This document shows positions 51,015 through 64,000 of a stretch of DNA of 64,000 nt, piece by piece; position 1 is the stretch's first letter; the number at the start of each line of letters is the position of its first letter. Where the stretch lies: the NCBI GenBank assembly GCA_964016885.1, contig OZ024760.1:124001-188000 (forward strand), written 5' to 3'. The translations under genes and the position numbers were made by a program. The notes beneath the pieces are model-generated. The model saw only the letters and a list, made by a program, of their open reading frames with translations. It did no database searches and was not told the origin of the DNA. The DNA is from Eledone cirrhosa. Lineage: Eukaryota.

Positions 51015-52638
51015 TATAATTAATTAAGATATTTAATTAATGTATGAAACCTGACGATAAATCTTTCGATTCCTTCAACTTTTTCAATTAATGATGTAAT
51101 TAAACTACTCTAAAATGTAAATGCTCCCAATCTATTGAATAAATTTTTTACGCAAGATAAACTTCTATACTAAATATAAGAGCATCCGTAGAACAACAGG
51201 GTCTCCTAAATCCTTTAAATGATTTCTGCTAAATGAGTTTTGTTGAGTAATTTTTGGTTTTTTGTTTGCTTTTTGATTCTGATTGCTTCTTGGCAATATA
51301 TTGTCAGATAAATTGGAAGGGTAGATTTCTGTGGTTGATATAGGGGGCATACTGTGTTTTTTGTGGCCCGAGATACTCTAGGGAGTGATGAAAATATTTT
51401 AACGTTTCGATATTTCTGTGCTGATATATTGATATCTGGTTGTCTCTGTACAAAGGCCATATGTATTAATATGCATATGGAATGATTACAGAGTATATTT
51501 TATCTGTCCATGTACATGTATGTGTGCATATATATATATACATATATACCTATATGTATGTGTGGGTATAGTTCTGGATATGTTACAGATATACATAATA
51601 TTCTATACATGAACGATAATCATGTATGTGAGGGCAAGAATATTAATCGTTTATTTTTTATGTATAGTGAAATCTTTTATAACACAAGGAAAAAAAAATT
51701 TTTTTTTTTTTTTTTGTGAAACAAGAAATTACAGAGTTGATCACGTAAAATCATAAAAATCATGCGTATGTCTATTATAGACATACGCATGATTTTTATG
51801 ATTTTACGTGATCAACTCTGTAATTTCTTGAGATAACCTTCTCTTTCTCTCTTTCTTTCCTTTTCCGGAAAGTGCATGTGTATGTATATACTTATATATT
51901 TTTTTGAAGTTTTTATCTCAGTTTTTGATACATCGACCTCAGAATTTTAAACTAAACATATGGTCATTATTGAGCAAAATTATTTTCACACATTATATAT
52001 CTATGTCTCATTCATGAATATTGATATTTACATTATATTACCCAGTTCATATGAATTGATAATTCAAATTGATAGGACATAACATAAAGATGTAAATCTA
52101 TCATCCCTCTCTCTAGATATAGCTCTTTCTTCTTCTCCCTCTTTATATATGATGAAGTCTATGTATCTGTCTCTCCTATTTCTCTCTTGTATTTCTCTCT
52201 TGATTTTCACCTCCCCCTATATAATTATTATTATTTGTTCTACCTCTTTCTCCCCCCCCCCCCACCTCTATCTTTCTCTCTCTCTGTTTTCTCTTCATTT
52301 TTTATTTCTCTCCGTCTCCTCCGTAACTGTCCTTAACACTATAACTAAATAATTACAGTACTCCCTCCCTCCTAAATCTCTCAATTTTGTATGATGAATT
52401 ATTATTATTCATCTGTTGCCTTCAGCTGCATCTCTTTTTTCACCTCCTCACTATTTCTCTCTCCCCTATCTCTCTCTATTTCTCTCTGTTTTTCTTTACA
52501 TACATTTCTTCTTTTTCTCCGTCTTTCTTTTTAACACTAAATATTTATAAGCATCTCACTACCAAACCAGCTTCCTACATAACAGTTGCTCAATATTTAT
52601 GGTACGTCAAAATTATTTATAAAACTGTTTATATATCG

Positions 52639-52704
52639 TATTTTATCTGAAGAAGGCATGCCATATTTTTAATATGGTATCCCCGAAATATGTATAATGA
52701 AATA
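52639..52704 (+). ncRNA. Type-I hammerhead ribozyme in the PLE 3' pLTR
   Basis: tattttat-CTGAAGA-aggcatgccatatt ttt aatatggtatcccc-GAAA-tatgta-TA-atgaaata. Confidence 0.75.
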
Positions 52705-52749
52705 AATATGGTTTTATAAATATAGTTTCCATTTGTTTAATATCGTATA

Positions 52750-52785
<36 letters not shown>

Positions 52786-52786
52786 C

Positions 52787-53676
<890 letters not shown>

Positions 53677-55009
53677 CTTTCATCTATGGATTTCTACACA
53701 CACACACACATACATATATATATACACACAAGGGTAGCCTGAAAAGTTCATAGGCTGATTATGAAGGAGTGATGCTAAAATTGTGAAATCTTACATGCAT
53801 TAATTTCAACTCTTATTAATAAATGCATCGTTTCTTTCCAGGGACTGTGTTGAAAAATAAACTTCATTTGATCATTCTATGAGAGTATCTTCGTCAGCCT
53901 ATAAACTTTTCGGCCGACCCTTGTTTATATGAAAATATATAGCTTTACCTTTCAACTATCCACTTGTCAACTGATCAACTAAAGAACTTACCAGCTACTC
54001 AACCAGTTCAAAATATTGACCAGACATCTATTGCGAGCTAAAGCATTAAATATTTTTTTTACTAACATTTTGTTTTCTTGTTATTTAATAACCCTTTTCA
54101 TACCAACCCATCCCAATCCATCTCTGGTACTATGAACCTCAAATCATCAATTTTAAAAGGGTTCTTATTTAAATTAAAATACAATAGGCATTTTAAGGCC
54201 TGCTAAAGAAAGGGGTTAGCTTTGCAGGGCCCTGTGGCAAGCTTCCTACACACCATGGAGCCCACTAAGCTGTACACCGCATATACTATCATAATAATAA
54301 TTTCTGATTTAGACACAATGCCAGCAATTTGAAGGGAAGGGATAGTTGATTACATCAACTCCAGTTTGTGACTGGTACTTTATTTTATCAACCACATAAA
54401 GATGAAATACAAAGCTAACTTTGACAGGATTTGAACTCAGAACGTAAAGAGCCATGAATCTATATTACAAAGCTTGTTGTTCGATGCTTTACTGATACTG
54501 CTAATCCACTGCCCTAGGCCTGCAATTTATGGGGAGGATACTATCTTAATAATGAATGATTTTAGTAAATTCCTCTGACCCTTAGTGTATCTCATTAGAA
54601 ATATTGTAACAAAAGGGTTAACTTTTGAAATATTTTTCATACCTTTTCAACGACTAAATATTTGTGTATATGTCACACCTTTCATCCACAAAAACATGAA
54701 AATACCAGCATATTAACTTATTAACTAGGGTTAATAAGTTAATTATATATGTTGAGTTCTAACAATATATATCAACCACAAGCAGGTGGAATATGATATA
54801 CATTTATAAAGAAACCATTGGCAGTATAGGTAGAGGGTCAGACGCCATGCTTTCCAGCGTAGTTACGTCCCTTTACGATCTGAGTTCAAATCCCGCTGAG
54901 GTTGACTTTGCCTTTCATCCTTACGGGGTCGATAAAATAAAGTACCAGTAATGCACTGGGTAATTGCTGGCCTTGTGCCTAAAGTAGAAACAATTATTAT
55001 ATATATATA

Positions 55010-55270
55010 TAGTTGAAAATGAACAAACTAAACACAGGAGGCAATTGTACACAGTTATATTAGGTTCATGCTTGGCGGATGTGGAAGAGGTTTCGACATT
55101 TTGGACAGAAGTCTTTCATCAGAAAAGTTCGGATAGGGGGAGAACTGAAACTCTGAGGAGGAGTAAGGGAGGGTTAAGGAGGGAAGTTAAAAAGTAAAAA
55201 AATAGAAAGTAAAAATAAAAGAGATAGGTGGGGGTATAGGTCCAGGCTGGTGAGGGGGGGGGGGGGGGTT
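55010..55270 (-). mobile_element. Solo pLTR fragment with a decayed minimal HHR (~55090-55126)
   Basis: tttt-CTGATGA-aagac ttct gtcc-AAAA-tgTC-gaaa, i.e. CpG-decayed GAAA-CGTC; flanked by TA tracts. Confidence 0.6.
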
Positions 55271-57101
55271 CATATATATGTATGTGTATATATATATATA
55301 TATATGAAACTTGTCATCAGGTCTGCAAAGCTATACACTTTCCTTACTAAAACAAGGGAGCCTTGCAGGCCCCATGATAAGATTCATACTCATCTAGTTC
55401 CTAACTGAAAATGTGGCTGTGGCTTCCAAACTGGTTCCCTTGTGAACAGAGTATGGCACGGCCAACTGGCCGGGCCCTCCTCATATTGGTGCCATCCATT
55501 TTCACACTGTAAATGTGGTTGGTGTTAGGAAAGGCATCCAGCTGTAAAAATCTCAGCCAACTTTACAGTACAATCTGAGCAAGGTACGATGTAATCTGAC
55601 CAGACTCCTCTCATAATGTGGACGACCTGTCTAACCCATGCAAGCATGGAAAAATGGACGTTAATCGATGATGATGATAATATATATATACACAGTTTTT
55701 TGTCAAACCTGGCATATATATATAAATATATATATCTGGCATATATATATAAATATATATCTGACAAATGAAGCAACAATAATATCAGCTTACTTCAGCA
55801 AACTTTGAGTATTCTAGGAAGTTATACACCAGTTTGCCAAAGTCCCTTTATCGTCTGAGTTCAAATCCTGCCGTGGTTAACTTTGCCTTTCATCCTTACT
55901 GGGTCGATAAAATAAAGTACCAGTAATACACTGAGATAATTGCTGGCCTTGTGCCAAATGTAGAAACAATTATATATAATTGTTTCTACTTTTGGCACAA
56001 GGCCAGCAATTACCCCCAGTGCATTACTGATACTATATTTTATCGACCCAGTAAGGATGAAAGGCAAAGTTAACCTCGGCAGGATTTGAACTCCGAATTT
56101 AAAGGGCCATAACTCTATGCTGCAAGCATATTATATATAATTGTTTCTACTTTTGGCATAAGGCCAGCAATTACCCAGTGCATTACTGGTACTTTATTTT
56201 ATTGACCCCGTAAGGATGAAAGGCAAAGTTAACCTCAGCGGGATTTGAACTCAGATCATAAATTTACCTCTATGTTTACATATTGAGGGTTCTTTCTTTA
56301 GTAATTACAGAACGTATATTCAGGCAGAAATATATACATGTATTAACCCTTCAGCATTTACATTGCTCTGTATATACTATTATATTTTCATGGTAAAGGC
56401 TTTACTGCACATAATTATCTCACATTATATCGAATCTGTGAGATTTTGATATTATTTATTTTGAGAACAATACTTTAACATTAGTATGAGTGGCAATTAT
56501 GGCCAGTTTGAACAGAATAAGGTGAGAGAATTCTGGCTGGATATGGCCAGTTTAAATGCTAAAGGGTTAAGAAAGAAAATATTCGATCTTGAATGTCTAC
56601 AGTTTCCGCTCACGTGCACGTGTGTGTGTGTGCATGCGTGCATTTGTGTGTGTGATGTTGATAAGAGTGTAATAAAATAGAGGTGTGACGTATACACAAG
56701 TATATACAGCAGTTTTGTTTATATTAACTTATTTTAAAATTAAAAAAAGAAAAAAAAGATGACATTTGTAAACAGTGAAAAAGATAACATTTTTAAACAA
56801 CAAAAAGATGACATTTATTTTGTAAGTGATAAAAAGATAACATTTGTATAAACAAGAAAAAGATAAGCTTTGTAAGCAATGAAAATATCACAAATTCTTT
56901 TGGTGAAATTTTATATTAATATAAAGAGTTTGTAGATTTTAAAAATAATTTTAATCAGCTGCTAATTAATTTATCCTCATTATCAACATTTTTACACCTA
57001 TTTTCTATCAATGTTTGCTTGGATGGGTTGGATAGGTCTTCTCCATCACAGTAGTACTCCACTAATTCTACACAAGTAGTCTTTGGTCTTCCTCTCTACC
57101 A

Positions 57102-57670
57102 CAGAGGTTCTCAAATTGGGCGCTACTGTCCGGGGTGATGTGGGGGTAGAGATGATATCGATAGTTGGTCAACAAGATCACAGACCACATTCGCTTAATG
57201 AGTGGGGTGGAGGTCATCAAATCAGACCGAGGAAACAATGTTTCCATTGGTCTTTCCAATTGCTAATACTATCTATTGGTTTCAAATGCAGGTAGTAGGA
57301 GTAAAGTGTCTTGCTCAAGGATATAACGCATTGCTCGGTCCAGGAATCGAACTCAAAACCTCATGATTGCAAATCCAATTCTCTAACCACTCAGCCACAT
57401 GCCTTCACAAAGAAATGATATATTAAATATCAAATGATACATATATATAAATATAGTAAAATAAAAAATATATAATATTTATTTATATATAGTATATATT
57501 ATATTATATATTATATATTATTTACAATTTGTTGTTATATATAATATATTATTATATATTATTTACAATTTGTGTGTAAGCAGGTCTCTCTGGAAATAGG
57601 GTTGGGGGTTACTGAGGGTATTACGTGGCCCTGAGGTGAGGCGGTAGCCCAAAACGTTTGAGAACCTCTG
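57102..57670. mobile_element. hAT MITE containing a minus-strand tRNA SINE (57160-57410)
   Basis: TIRs CAGAGGTTCTCAAA / TTTGAGAACCTCTG; TSD CTCTACCA/CTCTATCA. SINE pieces also at ~7570-7680 and ~12990-13100. Confidence 0.8.
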
Positions 57671-57699
57671 CTCTATCACATCTTCCTTCCTCTTGACTC

Positions 57700-58020
57700 T
57701 TTTCGTTATCATCTCCTCTGTGAGATCAGCTTTCACCACCTCTGTCTAAATCTACCTTGGCCTACCTCTACCAAAGTGTCTCTTTTGGGATATTCTCTCT
57801 CCTGAAATCAGCTTTCACCACTTCTGCCTAAGTCTATCTTGGTCTACCTTTACCAAAGTATCGCCTTTGTGCAGTTCACTCTCCTGAGATTAGCTTTCAC
57901 CACTTCTGCCTAAGTCTGCCTTGGTCTATCTCTATCAAAGTATCTCCTTTGTGAGGTTTACTCTCCTGAGATTAGCTTTCAACATCTCTGCTTAAGTCTA
58001 TCTTGGCCTACCTCTACCAT
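57700..58020. repeat. ~82-bp tandem repeat x4 derived from RTE C-terminal coding sequence
   Basis: The minus strand encodes GRGRPR...EVVKADL-like peptides. Confidence 0.7.
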
Positions 58021-58080
58021 GTCTTGCTGACATATATTTCAGTTTTGGCATGGTTTATAAAACTGGATGCTCTTCCCACC

Positions 58081-58298
58081 ACCAACCACTTTACAGATGT
58101 ACTGGGTGTATTCTATCATACCATCAGTACCAACCACTTTACAGATGTACTCGGTGTATTCTATCATACCATCAGTACCAACCACTTTACAGATGTACTG
58201 GGTCTATTCTATCATACCATCAGTACCAACCACTTTACAGATGTACTGGGTCTATTCTATCATACCATCAGTACCAACCACTTTACAGATGTACTGGG
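58081..58298. repeat. 48-bp tandem repeat x4.5
   Basis: ACCAACCACTTTACAGATGTACTGGGTSTATTCTATCATACCATCAGT, inside an RTE/SINE tail. Confidence 0.92.
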
Positions 58299-59501
58299 CG
58301 CATTTTAGGATGGCACAGCACCAGGGAAGTTGTTATTTTCTTGACACAACTGAAGTGACCTTTTAACCCTTTACTTGGCATACTTTCTACAGCTGGATAC
58401 TCTTTCTGGCACCGACTTATTAATGGTTTCTGATTTAGGCACAAGGCCAACAATTTGTCGATTAAATCAACCCCAGTGCATTACTGGTAATTTATTTTAT
58501 TGACCCCATAAGGATGAAATACAAAGCTAACTTCGGCGGGATTTAAACTCAGAATGTAAAGAGCTGTAGGTGTATGCCACAAAGCATATACTGTCAAACC
58601 ATCGCCCTTAGCACCAACTTAATAATGAGGAGGTTAGTTATATTACTAAATCTCTCCAGATATTTAATTATTTGAAAGCCATAGGCAATGTCTTTCATTA
58701 AAAATATGGTAATAACAGGGTTGATTACTCAAAAAACATGAATTAATCACTACATATAGCAGTATATTTTAAAATTATTTAAAACCTACTGATTCTTTGT
58801 ATTATTATTTTTATTTTCATTAATTATGGGGATGATTAACAAAAGAAATATTTAAGAAAATGAAAATATTTTCATTGGTTCAAATACACTTTTAATCATT
58901 TCTTAAGTTGAAATAATTCATAATTGCAGGTATATACAATGGTTAACTATATTTTTATGTTCACTTTTTCATATTGGTATGGGTTGGATGAAGCTACTTG
59001 AGGCAGTTTTCTATGGCCAGATGCCCTTTCTGGCATCAAACCTTGTTTTTTTAAGTAAGTTTTTATGGCCACTTAAGATGTTTACACAGGTTAGACAAGA
59101 TTTTTTGAGATGCATCCTATGACCCTTCCTGAACTGCTTGCTTACATATATATATATATATATCATCATCATCATCATCATCATTTTACGTTCGCTTTTC
59201 CCTGCTTGCAAGGGTGGGATGGGAACTGATTCTGGGTTGATTTCTACAGCTGGATGCCCTTCCTAACACCAACCTCATTTACAGTGAGTGCTGGGTGCTT
59301 TTTTGTCGTGGCACCTTCACGACCACTTTGCAGTGGAATGATATGGTCCCCAGTCCCTATCATCTCATTTCTACAGCTGAGTGAACTGGAGCAATGTGAA
59401 ATAAAGTGTCTTGCTCAAGGAAACAACACATCACCCGGTCTGAGAATTGAACTCACAACCTTTCGATTGCAAGCCCAATGCTCTAACCACTAAGCCATGT
59501 G

Positions 59502-59581
<80 letters not shown>

Positions 59582-60892
59582 CACACACATACACATACAC
59601 ACATTGAGCATATAGACATGTTATTTCAAATTTACATATTTTCCCTGTAAATTGAAAAAATATTCCATTTAATTATTCAATTTAATTATTGGGTCCACAC
59701 CAGAAGATATGTACATCAATTTTAGTGATATTTTATCTAATTGGGTTTATAAGCCTCCTCAGACATTTATTTTCTCGTGGTTGTTTAGTTTAACTAATAT
59801 AGATTTCTGAAATCTAATGGTTCAAAGTGAACAACATAGCTGCTTAACCACATAGCTATGAATGAAAAATATTTCAATAAAATCTAACCATGACCATCCA
59901 ACCATTATGCAGTAAGTATTTATTCCTGTGACACCACCGTGAGGAGGATGACATCTCAACACTCTGATCAGGGTTTCGAATCCCACCCTCAATCACTTTG
60001 CAAGTAAGTGGAAACATCTTTTTTTATGGAAGAAATGGTATCCTGTAAAAGCCATTATCTTTCAGCTGCACATTGCTTTGCTGTATTCCGATTGGCCGAT
60101 TCTATATTCATTCTCGCATCGCGCCCTATCTGATTGGTCGATATCTATTTCCACTTTCTATAACACATAAGTTAATGGATTGATTTATTTTTGTTTGTTC
60201 TGTGTTAAGAAACTAATGTATATACAATGCCTGCCAAACATGTGTGTATGTATACAGGTGTCCCTCCCCGCAAAAATGTATACACAGTTTGGTTACCTGT
60301 ACAGGCAATATTTATTAGAATGCTGTTAAATTGTGTATACATTTTTTGTAACACCCTATTATTGATATTTATATATTTGGGGATGGTCTTTTTGCTAGTG
60401 TAGCTAATAGAAATAAACATATGCGATCAGGATTTGCTAGTTATTTGTTAGTTCGTGCTAGTAACTAGTAATAAAAATAAAATAACAATTATATAGTGCA
60501 TATTTTATTTTATTGGCAATACTCACATAACTATCCTCAGATATAACAATATATATGAATACATATAAATATGTCAATGTTTTTGTCTTCTTTTCGATGC
60601 TTGCATGGGTTATATATATATGTGTATATTATATATATATATGTATATGTATGTGTATATGTATATGTATGTGTGTGTATATATATATATATATATAACG
60701 GCTCTGTCTACGTTATACATACACTTTTTGATGAGTTGTAGTGCACCTGAGCACTGTACACAATATTTCATTATTATTATTGAGCTAACACAATACAGTA
60801 CGGTGAGTAAGTGTTTATGCACATACCCTCCGAACTTTACGTAAATATATATATAGATATATATATATGTATGTGTGTATATATATATATAT

Positions 60893-60929
<37 letters not shown>

Positions 60930-61004
60930 AAAATTGAACGGGAACAAAACAGAGAGGCAGTACGAACAAAGGTTTATTAATTTCACGCTCTTGAGAGTGG
61001 GTGG

Positions 61005-61045
61005 TGGGGAACGACGTTTCGGGCATAAGCCCTTCTTCAGGTGAA
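61005..61045 (-). ncRNA. Canonical minimal type-I hammerhead of PLE type
   Basis: ac-CTGAAGA-aGGGC ttat GCCC-GAAA-CG-TC-gt. Confidence 0.85.
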
Positions 61046-62534
61046 AAGTGTGTGGGAAGAGAGTTCAAAGGGTGTGTAGGGGAGTGGTGGAGAGACATAT
61101 AGCAAAAAGGGGGTGAGAGGAAACGGTGCAAATGAAATTAAAAATAAAGGCATGATCAAAATAAAATTAAAATGGGGTAAAACAGGTGGTGGAAGGGTGT
61201 GGGGCGTGTAGGGGTGGTGGCGGCGGGTTGAGTGGGGAGAGGGATCGGGGTGTCCGAGCGGGGAGGGCTGAAGGTGGTGTGTGTGTGTAGGTGTACGTGT
61301 GTGTGTGTGTGTGTGTGTATGTGAAAGCAAGGTTTGGGGGAAGAACGGGGTTGCATGTTCAGGAAGAGGTGTGTGTGGGGTGGGGTGTAGGTCGGAGTGT
61401 GTGTGCGTGTGTGGATATAGGGGTGGGGGGAGAGGATTCTGGAGGCTGAATGTGTAAATATGTGGTGGTACGCACGTGTGTGTGTGGTGCTTATGCGTGT
61501 TGTGGGTGTAGGTGGCGTGTGGGAAAAAAAAATTTTTTGGGTGTATGTCTGGGGTGAGTCGTAAAGGTAATTCCGTAAAAAGATGTGGTGGAATGCTGAG
61601 TAAAATCCTTGGGATGCGGTAGATTCTCGGGATCAAGGTTCACATAGTGTAATCCGTGAAGAGATTGGTCGGAAGAGGGGAGATGTGGGGTGCGCGCGCA
61701 ATAGGAAGTGGTCAGAGGGTCAAGGCAGGAGGAGGGTTGTGTGTCTGTGTGTGCGGGGAGGTGGTCAGAGAGGCATAGCAGCAGTAGGGTAGAATGGTAA
61801 GTGAAGAAAGTCGGTGTGTCAGTGTGTGCGGAGGTGCGGTGGACAGGGAAGAGGATGGGTAGGTGTAAAATTTGGAGTGAGGAGGTGGTGTGTGTATTAG
61901 TAGAGGTGTTAGTGTGATGTGTGAGTGTTTGAGAAAGGGTGTGGGTGGAGCGGGGAGAGAAGGGTGTGGGGGCCGATGGAGGGAGTGTAGTGTACTGGTG
62001 TGTGTGTGTGTGGTGAAGGAGGTGTTAGTGGGTGTTAGTATACAGGAGGTGGAGAAAGGGTTGAATACGGGTGTGAGAGGGGGTCAGTGGTGGTAGGGTG
62101 TGTAGAGTGCACCCTCTGTAAGAGGGTGTGTGTGTTCGTGTGCGTAGGGTTGGGGGGTGTTAGTGATGTTAGTGGCGTGTAGAGTGGGTGGTGTAAGTGG
62201 GTGGTGTAAGTGGGTGTGTGTGTTCGTGTGCTTGGGGTCAGGGGGTGTTAGTGATGTTAGTTGCGGGGTGGTGGGGTGGGGGTGTGGGGGTGAGGGTTAG
62301 TGGTGGTAGTAGGGTGTGTGTTTAGTGTGAGCGCGTGTATATATGTACCGGTGGGTGTGTGCGTGTGATAAGGAGGGGGGGGGAGAAGGGAGGGATGTTA
62401 GTATGTTAGTTGGGGAAGGGTGGTCGGATGTGGGGTGGAAGTGTTAGTATTGTTAGTTGTGGGGTGGGCGGTGAAAAGGAGGGGTGTGTTAGTGGTGTTA
62501 GTGGGGGATATGTGGGGGGGGGGGGGGTCGAAGG

Positions 62535-63385
62535 CTAAAGGAATAAGGGTGGGGAGTTCAGGCCGGGGGGAGTGTGGGTCTGTAGGGTGAAGATGGTTCG
62601 TTGTTCGACCCTTAGGAGATTGGCGGGTGTTCCGTGGCATTGGAGTAGGCCACAGACTGTGAGGTGGTGTGCGGAATGTCCAGGGGCACCAAAGTGGCGG
62701 GCGATGGGGGAACTACCACCGAGACGAATATCCCGGAGGTGCTCAGTAAATCTGTCCGCCAGGCGACGTCCAGTCTGTCCGACGTAAGTCGCGCTGCACT
62801 CCGTGCAGCGAAGTCCGTAGACTAGGTTGGAGGAGGCGCAGCGGAAGGCATGCCGGACAGAGAGAGAGTGGCCGTTGGGACCCTGGAAGGTGGTGGTGTT
62901 GGTGATGTGGGGACAGGTGTTGCAGCGGGGCCCAGAACAGGGAAAGGAACCGGGGGGGGGGAGCTGTGGACGAGGAGGGTGCGGAGATTGCGTGGGCGTT
63001 TGAAGGAGGGGAGTGGTGGGGCTGGGAAGATGTGGGAGGTGGAGGGGTCGGACTGGAGGCGTCGGAAGAAGCGGAGGATGGTGCGGTGGAGGGGTATGGT
63101 GGAGGGGTGGTAGGTGACGGGGAAGGGGAGACGGTGGGTGGGTGTGCGGTGGCGTGGGGTGAGGGTGGTGGAGCGGTGGACAGCACAGGCGCGGGTGAGA
63201 GCGGTGTGGACGAGAGAGGGGGTAACCTCTGCGGATGAAATGGCTGACTAGGGAAAGGGCCTGGGACTCAAAGTCAGCATCTCGGCTACAGAGGCAGCGG
63301 ATCCTGTGGAGTTGGGAGTAGGGAATAGAGTGTTTAGTGTGTGTGGGGTGGGAAGAGGTGAAGTCGAGGTAGGAGTGGGAGTCGG
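62535..63385 (-). pseudogene. PLE RT-thumb/GIY-YIG endonuclease C-terminal fragment
   Basis: YLDFTSSHP..K.SIPYSQ..RI, RGYP, C..PRCNTC, NLVYGLRC..C...YVGQTGR.L..RF.EH, GLN; the middle portion appears locally out of frame. Confidence 0.9.
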
Positions 63386-63893
63386 TATATATACACAGTT
63401 CAAGAGTAACCAATCTTAAAGAGAGAGATGGCGATAGGAGAGGAGATATGAGCGGAGAGATTGGTGAATTAGTTAGAAGCCAAAGCGTAAAGGCATGTGT
63501 TCAATGTGCAATATGCAGTAGAAAGCAGCTAGGTGGCTGGGTTCATGCAGAAGTTAGGTGCGCAGAGCTGAAAATATTCAATAGTTAAGCAAAACAAGAC
63601 CACACATTTCACAAGTAAGACATTATGCACCAACCAATATATGGAACATTATATTATGTAACATTATCTCATTATAAGGGCGGTAGATTGGCAGTATCGG
63701 TAGAGGGTCGGACGCCATGCTTTGACGCATAGAGTTACGGCCCTTGCTATTCTGAGTTCAAATCCCGCCGAGGTTAACTTTGCCTTTCATCCTTATGAGG
63801 TCGATAAAATAAAGTACCAGTAATGTACTGGGTAATTGCTGGCCTTGTGCCAAAGGTAGAAACAATTATTTTAATTTATATTCCTTTGAAGTT

Positions 63894-64000
63894 CCGATGA
63901 GCCGCTCTGTCTTTTAAATATATTAATTATTTTCAACTGAACCAGATCAATTATGATATATAGTCATCTGATCCAGAAACATTATATGGAGTAGCGAAAC
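63894..64000 (+). ncRNA. Variant hammerhead-like motif (CCGAUGA core, 95-nt stem II), cut by the window end
   Basis: CCGATGA-gccgctctgt...atggagtagc-GAAA-c. Confidence 0.45.

Larger units (their letters stand above)
60925..63385 (-). mobile_element. 5'-truncated Neptune-type PLE with a long 3' UTR, ending in (TA)n
   Basis: RT thumb + GIY-YIG ORF, HHR, and AATAAA near 60975. Confidence 0.88.

Noticed and set aside
59960-59992. tRNA-Ser-like T-arm (GGGTTTCGAATCCCACCCTC)
   Set aside because: Too short; no matching 5' half.
60728-60772. HHR-like TTGATGA + hairpin in a TA island
   Set aside because: Both core boxes would need several substitutions.

Overview
Gene-free, AT-rich, repeat-dominated animal DNA. 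The mix of (TA)n/(TATG)n/(GGT)n microsatellites, CORE-type and Meta-type tRNA SINEs, RTE LINEs and Penelope-like elements (PLEs) suggests an octopus/coleoid cephalopod genome (inference). I cannot support any host protein-coding gene; nearly all ORF-track entries are microsatellite translations. Real coding remnants are all retroelements: a near-intact RTE LINE with a PHD finger inside its RT (13648-16689), a Hydra-type PLE with ~1.55-kb inverted arms (47681-52750), a Neptune-type PLE (60925-63385, minus strand) and several fragments. The most interesting signal is a set of about ten type-I hammerhead ribozyme (HHR) motifs from several PLE-like families, read by eye. They mostly lie in or next to (TA)n tracts. 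They include a ~215-nt ORF-less HHR mini-element, two variant HHRs with a CCGAUGA core and 80-95-nt stem II, copies whose 5' ends fall at the predicted cleavage site, and fold-back palindromes whose axes lie just upstream of the ribozyme GAAA. Coordinates were counted by hand and family names come from motif recognition, not database searches.
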